Below, piece by piece: positions 26,095 through 38,700 of a stretch of 64,000 nucleotides of DNA (position 1 is its first letter; the number at the start of each line of letters is the position of its first letter). Under the pieces are notes generated by a model, which was not told the origin of the DNA, made no database searches, and saw only the letters and a list, made by a program, of their open reading frames with translations. The stretch lies in the NCBI GenBank assembly GCA_973851085.1, contig OZ316775.1, positions 9,796,001 to 9,860,000 on the forward strand. The letters run 5' to 3'. The DNA comes from Ptychomitrium polyphyllum. Taxonomy: Eukaryota. The position numbers and the translations under genes are program-made.

Positions 26095-27789
26095 TGGATT
26101 ATTCTATTTTATTAGAAGCATATTGAAGATGAAGTGATAAATTATATTATATTACATTAATTTGTAATACAATTTCTTTATGATAGAAGCATAACTTAAA
26201 ATTTAATTGCATGTATAAACACCATTTCAAGAATACATTGATCCTTGAGTTTGAAACCATCTAAATTTTAAATCATGAGCACATTTGAACTCTTCTATTA
26301 TTTATTTTCAATTATGTTTTTATCCATTCAAGTTTCTTTAAGTTTTTCTACTAAATGATTACAGATTATATAATATGAATCTTTAAATAAAATTATTGTA
26401 GAATTTTTCAAATTAACTATTTTTTTTTTCAAATTCAATAAAGGATCTTTGAAGGAAATTTTTTAAATTAAATAAAAGATCATATAACAATGTTTAATAT
26501 AAAAAGCATTTGTTCCTCCTTATTGGTCTATAAATTAAGAAAAAATTCAATGGATTTTAGTTTAAAACATAATTTCAACAAAATGGTTCAAAATTGATAT
26601 TTAAATGTTGATAATTATTATGATAGATTTATTGCTATATTTGCACCAAGAAGTAGCAAGCATTCCAAATCCCTCTAACTTTACAATTATAAAAATAACA
26701 AATTTTATTTTAGACTTCAAAATAAAGTTTGATCAAAATAATACTAAAAAGTGTAAAATGTGGAAGTTATGAGAATTGCATTTGCACAAGGCTTCAATGG
26801 TACCTATTTTCATTGCATGTCATCATGAAGATTTAATACCATGAAGTTTTAACAAGTTGAGCAAGTGGTATGTAGCTTTTGTAAACAATTCTATTACATC
26901 TAAGTTTTCAAATTGCCCTCGCTTCTTTTTTAATAAGCCAAATTGCACCTCCATTTATTAAAATTTTATGCAAGAATTTGATTTCATTAAATAATGTAAC
27001 CCTTTTCAATTACATTCTCCTTGCTTTCTTTCCTTGGCCTTACAACCAATTTAATATGCATGACTGAAAATGCATCTATTAATTGTTCAAAATTAAAATC
27101 TTTGCACACTATATTCACTGCATTGGATTGGTACTTCATGTTCTTCATGGCCTTTATAATTGATAAATATATCACATTTCCTTTGTGATTGTTATTCTTA
27201 TATTTTAAAAGATGGAGAATTCTTTTAACAAAATTCTTCTAATACCTATCCATATTATGACTCTATTTAAAGTTGCTCCATGTTGCCTTAGTATAATAAC
27301 TAGTAGAGGTACATAGAGCAATTTTAGATAGAACCACAACATCTTAAACCGCTAGATATTAAATTTTAAGCTGATAGATGTAGGAAGTCAATAAATACTT
27401 GAGTTTGCATCTTTGATCTTGATGATAGATTTGCAATATAATAATGTCCTCTTCTATTATTATTATTATTTTTTAAATCGTTGTGTAATTGATATCATTT
27501 TCATTTCTATTGCATGCAGTGTTCAATATTATTAATTGCAATCAAGGGTATGGAAATTTGATTGTGTTGGCTAATGTAGATATTGTAAATATAGACTAAT
27601 AACTTCTTGTTATTATGATTTTCTAGTATATAGCTCTAAACTCTTTGAATTCTCTTCAATTTTGATATTATAGCAAAAATTAGTATATCCACCTCTAATA
27701 TTTCTTATGTTCTTAACACTTTGATATACATGAACATCATTATGAATCTACATTACGCATGAAAGTGCTTTGATACAATATGATCTTGT

Positions 27790-28372
27790 GTAGTGGATGC
27801 TTGTAAGATCAAGTACATGTTTTTTGTAATTTGTAATATTTGAGTACAATGACACTAGGTGGATAGAAATTTTTCAAATCAATAAGGCAATTATCATTTA
27901 TCTAGTAATGATTTTTGCACCTCAAATTGAGCAATACAACATATATTATAGATATGTAATTCTTCTATTGATTAGTATTGTTTATATTATGTACAAGCTT
28001 TGCTAGAGAGCAATTTTGTTGGCTTGTTTGGAAATATTTACTAAAAAAAAAAAACATAGTATATGGGGATTTGAATACAATTGCCATCAACAAAGAGTTA
28101 TAATATAAGATTAAATAAATCCAAAGCAAAAAATTGATGAAAATAATGTCTTAAAGGTTGTGTGGTATTCCATAAATAGTTGGAATAAACAACAACATTC
28201 ATTTTGTAATTTAAAAGTTGACTATTGTTCTAAATGATTATTTTCATTTAAAGTTGGATGCTTATGGTATGCAATGTGAAGTAATTCTTGACCAATACAA
28301 AAGCTTTGATAATGTGGTTATTGGCATTGGAGGAAATACAAACAACATTAAAAAATTGAAACAATCCACCTT
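27790..28372 (+). mobile_element. Decayed PIF/Harbinger (HARBI1-like, DDE_Tnp_4) transposase pseudogene fragment
   Basis: Manual translation gives EYNDTRWIEIFQINKAIIIYLVMIFAPQIEQYNIYYRYVILLLISIVYIMYKLC*RAILLACLEIF (from 27842) and, after a frameshift, RLCGIP*IVGINNNIHFVI*KL...DYFHLKLDAYGMQCEVILDQYKSFDNVVIGIGGNTNNIKKLKQS (from 28155). These are collinear with Harbinger transposase motifs recalled from memory (GLPxxVGAIDGTH, YxxxCQAVVD, GxPGSxND). Contains stops. Confidence 0.75.
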
Positions 28373-28640
28373 TTTCTTTTAAGAAATAAAAATTTATTAT
28401 GAATAGTATTTATTGAAAGTTAATTATATAATAATATACTTGTAATGATCTTTTTAGATGCAATTATGTTTTTTAATTGGGATAAAAATTATCTTCATTT
28501 TTGCAATGAAAAAATTCCTTAATTTGTGCTTTTGTGTAAAAGATAATATTTACAAATAAGACAAGTATAAAATAAAAATAGTATGGTAAAGTTCTTGAGT
28601 TAGGGCTGCATTCAATGAGGATGATTTATTCATTCATACA

Positions 28641-28676
28641 ATAGATAAGAATAGCATGAATGCTATTCTTATCTAT
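28641..28676. repeat. Near-perfect 36-bp palindrome (17-bp arms, 2-nt centre)
   Basis: ATAGATAAGAATAGCAT-GA-ATGCTATTCTTATCTAT. Confidence 0.9.
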
Positions 28677-31600
28677 GCACATAATAATGCAAATAATATG
28701 TTTAGAATAATTTTTAAAAATTATTATCTTTGTATTGGCAACCATAAAGTCAATATGTTTTTTGAACTTTTGAAAATTGCATCAACATACTCTTTAGTAT
28801 CATCACTTTATTTTATTCATTAGCTTTGCTACTTTTAACATGATAGGCTTTATAAATCTATTTTATCATTGGATTTTATAATGGACACTCTTGCAAGGAT
28901 ATAATTCATTTTTGTGTTGATTTTTTCTAGTAGTATAAGGGAACAAAAATTCCTTTTGTTGAAAGACCATTTAAGCTAATATTTTAATAACCTAGTTTCT
29001 TAATTCCTAATGAAATAGTGTAAATAATTGATTAGTAAATTTAACAATTCAATAATGAAATAGCAAAAAATAAATAGTTGTACAATTGGTGGAAGAAGAA
29101 AGACTTGGTTATGAGAGGAATATATTTTGTTTTTCTATGATGATATATCAATGTTGTTGTGCTTCATTACTTCTAAAGTTTTTAGAGTGTCCTAATGCTC
29201 TTTTTGCTTTTGATGAGAAGAATTGAGCTTCACTTCCATCCATTCTTGTGTCTGCAAATACCCAAGATTGCGTTGTTGTAGACATGTATTTTTATTCTTC
29301 AAATTGACTTTTCAACCGTGAAGAAGAAGCCATTTTCCAAAGCTTGTGGTTGCTAGCCTTGACACATGGTCTTTTTTGCCAATTTGAAGGCCTTTCCTTG
29401 CTTCATCATAACATTCCTTTATCTTTTAGAGCTTTTTTGGCTCCAAAGCAAAACAACATGTAGTACACCATAAGTTCTTATGGTTTTTAGATTTTTTATT
29501 TAATTTTGTTTTACAAGTGATAATATTCATTTTTATATAACCTTCTACAAGAATACAACACCATATGTTCTTCATCAATCATCACCTGCTTTCCTATTTT
29601 TGGATATAAATATAGAATGTAGCGGAAAAAAGGCACTACATTTACGTAAGTTCTTTTGGAGCAATCATTCTACTTTTCATTTATTCACAGATAACTAACT
29701 TGTACACTCTCTGTACTATCTGTGAAAAGTTGCATGGAATGAAAACTTATTCTACTTGGTTTTCTTCACTTATTTAAATTTAAATATGTTTTTTGGTATC
29801 AGATTGTAGGGATGACTCTTTAAAGTTTGGATCAGAGCAAGTTGAGCTAGCCCCTGTGGGTTGGTGGACAACTGATAACAGCAGCTCAGGAAATATATCT
29901 CAATTCCACTCCTTTCCACATCTGTCCCATCTTGTGTTGTTGAGTGATTGCAAATGTTATTTTTGTTTACATGCTTTTAGTGCTGAGACTTCCAAGTCGC
30001 CAGTGAAGTGACAGAGCTTCAGATATTTTGGTATGTGGTTCACACTACTCCTTCTCATTGTGACATTATCATTTCATTGATATGTGGTAGAATGTACAGC
30101 AGCGACTCTTTTTTCATTTTTGCCATGCAACCACACTAAATTCTATTGCCAAGAATTGGCCAGGTATTTGGAATGGATAGTGGCCCAGCTTTAGATGAAA
30201 ATCCAAACACAATGGTTATGATATGTGATTAAGAAATTATGGAAATGATATAATATAAACACTAGTATTCTCCAATAAAAACATTTAAAGAAGTTAATAT
30301 TTAAAAAAAGTTGCTATTCAGATTTTCTCAGTAAATAGGTCGTTTTGAGATTCCAAAATTTGTAGGACTAAATTTACTCTTTATCTTTTAGATATGCAAT
30401 TTTCTTGAAGTTGCAAAAAATAAGTCTTCTTAAATCTTAGTAAAACACTATATTTCTTATATGAAATTCTATGTAGACTTATCATCTATTAATATGTAGT
30501 TGGTTTGGAGCTTATATTTAGCATGGTGTGAATCTATATAATACTCTAAGAAATAAAAGAGACTATCATTTGAAAAACATGATCTAACAAAGATTCTAAT
30601 ACATCTATCTTTTTTAACTCCTAAACAAATGCCACATATATTACATGAATTCTTAAAGTTCCATGCCATTTTCAATTGTTAATCCAAAAGGTAGTTTGAA
30701 CTTTTCTTCAAAAATGCTATGCAATTATAGGGTCGCAATGCTCTCCAACAATGAAAACTCGACATTTTATTGGTCTTGAGCTCTTTTAACTCTAGATGTA
30801 AACAAACTCTAACATAATTGCCAAATTTGGATTCTCTTAAAAGATATCTGTGCATCTATCCCACACCTAGGCTGGCCACACTAGCCCACTTCATCATGCC
30901 AACAAAGCTAATTTTTCATACATATAACTCAAGTTGTAGCATAAAAAGGAAGGATTTTATGCAGATGAAAGGTTCAGAAACTCCTGATGATCAGAAACCA
31001 ATTGGAAAAGGCCAAGCTATGTTATGCTCTTAGAAACTAAGACGTGGTTGTATATTTTGGAAGAGGATGATGTCTCACCACATTTCCTCTTGTAACTGCA
31101 GGAAAACGCCAGATTATCAAGCTCTTCAAGCCTGTCCATACGATTCAGTGACCCTAACCAGGAAAGAAGTATCCAATTATGTCATGCCGTGAAATCATTC
31201 GAAAAGACATTCATAAAGGACACTGGGTGAACAGGAAATCTGAATATTCAGAGACAGCTTTCCATAGTGTAGCCTTGTAGCAACAGAGTTTCTGCATGTG
31301 GTCGACTCTCTTATTTCAGCCAGATTGCACATGATAAGATACATAAGACGTCCTCTAATCTGAAGCTTGCATGTCAGATTGCCTGCTTGTTGGATTATGG
31401 ACTTTTCTATTGCAAGATCCACATTTCGGTAGGATCATTCTCTGACTTGTTCACAACGATAAGCTCAAGTTACGGCAAGCTTCATGCGCACATGAGATGC
31501 ATACTCTCTAGTCAAGAGCTTGAAATCCAGAGTCTAATCTGGAACGTCAAGTGGAGTATTCCGGGTAGGTGTCGGAGTCTTAAAGACATAATTCAGACTC

Positions 31601-32356
31601 CAACTTTTCAGACCAACCAACGTGCATTGGAAGATAACCTCTGCACACTAGATCTGTCCACTCTACGGAGACTCTTATATGATGTGATGTGCACTTTGAT
31701 GTCTGCTCCAGTGACACCAATCAAAACTAACGCTTAGCACAACTTAGTATTGGGACTAGCAAACATTCAATTGACACACAAATAAATGTACGAATTCAAA
31801 GGCAGAAAGCGTACTGTGTAGAAGAAATCTTTGCCGTTTGATAACTGACCCTGTTTGGTTACTTAAACAAGCAATGCAACTGCTCCCAACAAAAGATTCT
31901 TTCACCATCATGTCCTGGGCATCGGTTGCACGAGAATCTGTTCATTCCACCAAATCAGAGTCGCCACAAGCAAAACCACTGCAGTGAGCTTCCAGGCCGT
32001 ACGTTTAAACTTGGTCCAGCGAAACGATCCAGTCCTTCCGTTCCTGCTACACAGTATTCTGATACATTTAATTCGGTGTCTAAAAAAGACAAGAACTTCT
32101 GTATAAATACAGCATTATACAATTTGCACACAATGTTGATCATGTCGAAAACACAGTCCCTGTGGAACTTAGCCTGGTTAACTATGACGCACTAATTAAT
32201 TGTATTTGAAATCTTCTATAAGGCTATCTCGAGTAGTATCTGCACTTGAGAGTCATAACCGACTGCCAGCTTACATTGTGGGCCTGAACCATTCTTGTTT
32301 AAGTGGCAAAAAAGTGAACTGTGTTTAATCTACACTTCAAATTTGTAATCGATTCA

Positions 32357-34285
32357 TTACTGTCTGAAGGTCAAAAGGATAATTGAAAGAACAGAATTAT
32401 CTGGCACGAATATCTTAAAACTAATATATGGGAGGAGCCACAGCCGAGGATACCTTTTGCCGAGGACTCGCTGGAGATGTTCCCATCCTTTCTTCCAAGA
32501 TCCAGAATTGTCGTCATTTACAGCTGAGAGAGAGTCCAGATAAGTCTGGCCTTGGTACACAAGCACCAGCTGCTGATAAAGTAAGAGGCTGATTCCAATA
32601 AGCAATGCCAGCGATATTATAAATAAGTACACCAAGCCAATATGTTGAATTGCAAGTGCCGCCTGATTGTTAGAGAATAAAGAACCAAACACATAGCCCA
32701 AATGACCCAAACCAATGCCTGCCGTCCCCGGTTCAGAAGGGTCATGTTGAACCGTCGGCAGAGACATCCTTGAGTAACTGTACGTGTAAGTAACCATACC
32801 AAGTACATAAAGACAGCTGACCAATGTGAACATGAGAAAGAGGATAAAGTATCCATGATTGTTTGCACCCACGCAATTTCCAATCTGCAAATGTATAATT
32901 GAAAAGGGTCAGAATTACTTGCACGAGAAATCTGACACCTGAAACAGTTAACATATCCTGAAGCTCAGCTCCTACTCAACGTCTAATTTCAAAAATCACT
33001 TAGTTCTATACACTGAAACAATGACTAAAATTCTGGACGTTTCATTTCACATCCAAACTCCAACCGTCCCTTTTCTTCGGTATTCTTGTAGGGGGAGCAT
33101 AGGCATAGTATCGACACGAACAAACATTTTGATTAAGAAAGAAGAAAGAGGTACAAAGGCAATGCTCACATACAAAGGGACAGTGATGATCCATTTCCAT
33201 GACGCAGGCTCTACACGTGCGACAGTGATGAGCAGCAGGATGCTTGGGTTTCTGACAATGAGAACAAAATTTGTAATTTTCTAGTCCACCTCGATTGACT
33301 TTTTCAATCTGCCCCCATTCGATTGAGGGCGGAGGCCCTGCTGGAATAAAAGCAGCGAACACAAAGTTGAAAATTGTGTTGAATGCAAAGAAAGCAGTGA
33401 TGGCTGAATGAAGGAAGAAACCGAACGAACGACTGGGGAACAGAATCGGGAATACCGTCCATATACCTCCACCTGCGTTCAAACACATAATATGATTATC
33501 ACTGCAATGAGCACAGTGAGTTCTTGCCCCTAGATTGCCGACTCAACCCATGTCCAAACTCCAGAGTACCACCCAGCGTGCTGCTTGGAAATGAAAGCAT
33601 TCAAAATCTTATCAAGACTCTCGTTATGAGAGACTACCACGGAGGAAAGAGAAGGATGAAGGATCGACCAACTTACAAATAATGAATATGACAAGGACGA
33701 AGACAACAGTGACCAGCAAATGGTCCAACATGGACCTGCATCGCACACTCCAACGCAGCCGCTGTTTCGAAGCTGCCTTGTGCACTGTCACCGCACCACA
33801 GTATCCACACTTGAATATCGGTTCAAAACGCGGCAGCGTCAACTGCAACTTGCATCCCCAACACGTCGTCTCCCATTTATCACTCCCAGATTCTCGTTTA
33901 TCCACGCGAATCTGCGGAAGCAACAACAAGCTCACTCATGCGGCCTCATCACTTCCAACGATCAGATCCCCGAATCTAGATCAAAGTTCCAGAACTTCAC
34001 AAACATACCTACAAGCTACTGCTAATGACCCAAAATCCATCCATGCACAGATGTTATTCTCTTTCGTTGCACCATCAGTTGAGCAAACTCTTACCAATCA
34101 ACACACAATCACATCCTGGCTATCCAGCAAGAATCTCATGTGAAGACCCTCAACTAACCAACCATGGCATTCCTCAAACCTCACAATTAGGTCAATTACC
34201 CTGCTCCTTTCATGTCGAAAATCCAAAACACATGTTGAACAGGAACATCATTTCCACACACACAGACCTCAAGTTCCGTAGCCAT
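32357..34285 (-). CDS. PAT11: DHHC-type protein S-acyltransferase, PAT11-like
   Basis: Exons 34285-34268 (MATELE, inferred first exon), 33911-33677, 33472-33174, 32884-32357. DHHC-CRD reads CSHCQKPKHPAAHHCRTCRACVMEMDHHCPF|IGNCVGANNH; the N-terminal CWGC..FKCGYCGA motif matches plant PAT11. The exact first exon and C-terminus are less certain. Confidence 0.9.
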
Positions 34286-35325
34286 AGAATGGCCTCGCGT
34301 CCTCGATGCAAATCCCTCGCCTCCCCTGATCCTCCCAACGCAGAGCTTCCGCACATTCCGTCAAACGCCCTCAATGCTCCAAGCACTCCCAAAATTCTAA
34401 AACCGGGAGTTAAAAGAAACCGATCTCTCGAAAACCTTGAAACTCCAACTCCCAAACCCTGTTCCAGAACAACAACAAGAGCTGAAGATAGTACTCCCCA
34501 ACTTCTAAAAGTCCAAGTTGAGGAGCTTCACAATCGCATGCTGAGCTTCCAAAACGTCATCTCCTCGCCTCTACTCACAGATGAATCCTTAGAAAGCTCC
34601 AAACATCAAAATCTCGCTTCGCGCACGAGCTCATCTTCCGTGCAATGCGTGACAAAATGAGAAGCTTGATCTGATCAATCAAGTTTCAACCACCTGACTG
34701 AGTGAATTCACTGCCGAAATCACACCCATGGAGGTTGTGGAGGGAATGCTCGTGTGTGAAAAGTGGGTTTTCAGAACCTGAACACTCATGTGACAGATTC
34801 CAAGTGGAATAGTCGTCGTCAACCTCGAACACGTCCGGATGGAGAGCAACCAGTTCTGTATTTGCACCGCATTCTTGTTCCTCTCTGCTGTTTCTACTCT
34901 TCTTCACATCTCTCGTCGTTCGGTAACCGGAACATTTTATCTCTTTTCTTTCTGCTTACCATTGTCAGTGTGGTGATGATGGTGGATACCTTCCTTGGGT
35001 ATGAGGGTACTGGAGTAGAATTTTGATGTGTCCTGATATGTACAGATAGGGTTGATTTTGATGATCAAAGGCTTTATGAGTTTCTGAGAAGCATGTGATA
35101 GATGACTGGGGTGTAGCGGTGGAGATTATTGTTGAGGTTTATGCCAATATATTGACATCACGGGTCCGTTGCTGCACCATGACCCAAGTTTTCTCTGTCC
35201 GTATGGATTGGTAGCTTGATGAGATTTATGAATCCCTGTATTCTGTAGAGCTCAGGTGAATAGGTATGAGTCACAATGGTATGACAGGCAACGACATCAG
35301 AGATCGTTGCTGGAGTTTCTAATCA

Positions 35326-35342
35326 TTTAGGGTTTAGGGTTT
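35326..35342. promoter_or_regulatory. Tandem telobox in the PAT11/PIG-S divergent intergenic region
   Basis: TTTAGGGTTTAGGGTTT, two overlapping AAACCCTA reverse complements, ~380 bp upstream of the PIG-S ATG. Confidence 0.5.
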
Positions 35343-35717
35343 GGTTATTTGAAGAACAAATTTTGTCTGAAGTGGCAGTTGGTGGGATTTCCGCAGACTT
35401 TGAGCATTAGAGTAGTTATTTTGAAGAGAAACTAAAGCTTGGAAGAAGCTGCAAGAAGTTTGAGTGTACTGGGGCCACAGAGAGGCTACAAATTTAGAAT
35501 TACGAGATGACAATGAATGAATTACTTACTACATAAATGGATGATGGAAATGAATGTAGTTGTGAAAATTGCGAAAGAAAGTACGATGCTCAAGACTTAT
35601 GAAGTGCTTCAGCAGAGAGATGGAGACGGAGAGCGGTAGAGGGAGACAACCCGTTTTTCTGAGCCTGGCGATGGTGGAGTGATGAGATTTGGAGTCCTGG
35701 GTCGGGGGAGAGGCGTC

Positions 35718-38700
35718 ATGGAGGTGCTCAAGGAAGTGCCGGAGGCGGACGTTAGGAGCGAGGATGCACAAGACCATGGACATGAGAAGAAGACAAAGGA
35801 GGAGGAGAGGAAGGGGGAAGAGAATAGTCGGAGTAAGCCGCCGGGACGCAAGCGCTTGTTCATCACTTTCTCGGTGATGTTCTCCTTCCTCCTTGGTAGG
35901 GTTTCGCCTTACCAGATATAAATTTGTATTCCTCGTTCTCTATGCTGTGATCGTGATTGCTCTTTGACATTTGAGGGTGGACTTTTGGCTTGTTTTCTTT
36001 TGTTATTTCACTCGATTCCAGACCGGAAGTGTTGTGTATTTAATTTAAGATTGTGTTGTGTGATGTTGTCATGGCATTTAGCTGTGTTGTTGAATGAAAA
36101 CTGAGGTTTCAAGGGTTGGAAGTGTAGAGTTCCGCTCAAGGTTTTGTTCTTGTACAGGGGTTCCGTTTTGGTGGAAATCAACAGAGGTTTATAGGGCACC
36201 ACTCCCTTTTTCAGCTATTGAGGAGCACGCTCGTTACGTCTTTAATTCCTCAGCTTTCGCTCTACCTTGCCACTTGCATATTATATTCACCTCTGCACCA
36301 TCACGCAGTACAAAAGGGTTTGTAACTGCAAGTTCTTTGGAGAAAGTTGCTGACTCATTTCAACAGCATGCTGAGGATTTTGATTTTGGAGTTAGGGTCA
36401 CTTTGGATACGGAAGGGCCTTGCACTAGTGTTGGAAGTAAGGACGATGGTCAGTATTGGCCTTGTGGTCTTGGAGAATCTGATCTTCATAACATTGTGGA
36501 TCTCCACGATGACGACCTCTTGGACGAGTTTTTTTGGAGATTTTCTAATGGCAAAAACTCAAGTACAGGAGGCCGCTACACATTGGTAGTTATGGGAAAG
36601 GAAGTCGGCGAAGAAGTGGGTATTCAATCTGAAACGCATCAGAACGTACATGTGAATGGAAGGATTGTAGTGGGAAAATACAGGCACGCATGGATGACGG
36701 GTGTTGATTTATCATTTCCTGGCTTTGAAGATTGGGTTGCTTCTCGTATTGCCGAAGTTGCAGTGACATATTTCAGAAACGGCGGACGAGCCAGCAAAGT
36801 AGGACGAACCGAGGAAGATCAAATGGCAAGTATGCCACTTTCAGCTGATGGGGAGGCCGTTCTTTCGTTCTCTTTGTTGAATGCGAATCCAGAGGACTGG
36901 ATTTTTGATTGGTATGCAACTCCATTTTAAAAATGGATTAAGATATAACAGTCATTTTTCTTCATTAGGAGTGTACAAGCTGATCTATTTTGTGTCAGCT
37001 ATAATGTTTGCAGAGTTTGAGAAGTATTGTCAAGGTTTATTAAGATTCATGAGGGATTGGAGTCGTCATTGTGCTGATAAGTACTTCATAATCTCTAAAA
37101 TGTGCATCGTGAACGATTGGATGATTAATTGCGGAAGTCCGGGGGAGAGATGTCATGTTCGGATTAAATAAAGGTGTTGAGGGTGTTGCTATACAGGGAC
37201 ATTGAGGAGGTAGAGGAGCGCTATCTGCAACCATTTATAGACGTCATGGAGCCTGTAGCCCGTCTCTCCATTGAAAGTCAGGTTGATATGCTTTCCACTT
37301 CTATTGACATCGGTAGTTCGATCCTATTGGTGTTTGATTACGGTATAGGAGTTCTTGCTACTCTAAATGAGATGCTGGCAATCTACTGGCTTTGTTCCCT
37401 CTTTGTTTCCGATGGAGGTAGATGGGACAGATCATAACTTTGCTAGTTTATCGCTGCTGATCTGTTTCCCTGCTACCAATCTCACGGAGCTGAGTTAAAT
37501 ATCGGGGTTGAAAATGATCAAGGGTGGGAGGGGAGCTCTGGTAGGTGCTATATTATACTCCAAAGGCAGTCTCATCATATTGGGATGAAGTCTTGAAGGC
37601 GCATCTGGTGCCGTTTAAGCAACTTCCATTCTTTGTGAGCATATTCTGATCATTCCTCTAGTATTATGAACATCAATCTAGCCAGTTGAGTTAATGTTTA
37701 AAGGCTTTGAATGAACTTTGAAAGGTTTTGGAACAAGATACATGATGTTGTGATCTTCTGATTTCTTATTGTGATTTTTTTTTCCCCTGGTGGGACGCAG
37801 GTAAATTCAAATGAGTGGCACCTTGACACGTCTAGTGCAGCTACTGGTCGATCGAAGCTCCTCAACTTTGCAATGTAAATTACAATCCTGGCCTATTTGG
37901 ATGTTGCGCCGTTGCCTTGAATGAAATTTAATCATTTGTCTCAAGTCTATTGGATGATGTTGTCTATGATTTAGGTTGAGATGCTTAATACTAAACATTC
38001 AGATATTGGTGGTTTTGAAGTTATGTGCCTGCAGCCAATGAGTGCCCTCTTCATATGCAGTTGTCCAGTGGCCGTATCTCACCAACCAATGGATTCACAT
38101 CTCCGGTAGGAATTGCGAATTTCCTTGTAGCTTGCAGAGACCGTAGGCTTTTGTAGTCATTGCGATGGCAGTGCAGCCCAGCATTAGCATTATGATTTAA
38201 TTTTTTTTTATGGAGCAGGATTCTTTTGCCAGCTGTTTCTGATGAGGTCACTGTGTGTTTCAGGGTTGGGGTGGAGTTATTGTTTATAATCCTCCTGATA
38301 GTGCCGATCTTGTCTCCAACAAATCTGAGGGTTATAGGCTTTCTTCTAAAGTAATTGCTGTCATGAAAATTATCTGTCATTTTTTCACTCTTGACTTGTT
38401 AGCATGAGATTCTGCAGCATGAGTCAACTTGATTAGAACGAGCAACCTATGATGAGGTGTGCTTGTAGCAATTTTTGTCACGATGCCTAGGAAGTTAATT
38501 GACCGCAACCCAAGTATCATTTAATAGCTGTGACGTGCGTATTCTCCCATTTCAAGTATGCTTCTCACATATTCTTTTGGTGCTCAGGAGTTGGAACCAT
38601 TGGCAGGAGTAATAGTTTCACAGATACGGGCACTTTTTGGTTTGCCGCCCATGTTTGTGAAGAATTCCAAGTCGGGTATATATGGGGTGCCAGCTGCTAT

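Noticed and set aside
34025..34660. 211-aa plus-strand ORF antisense to the PAT11 5' region
   Set aside because: Overlaps the first exon and intron of PAT11, low-complexity Pro/Ser composition, no domain; probably incidental.
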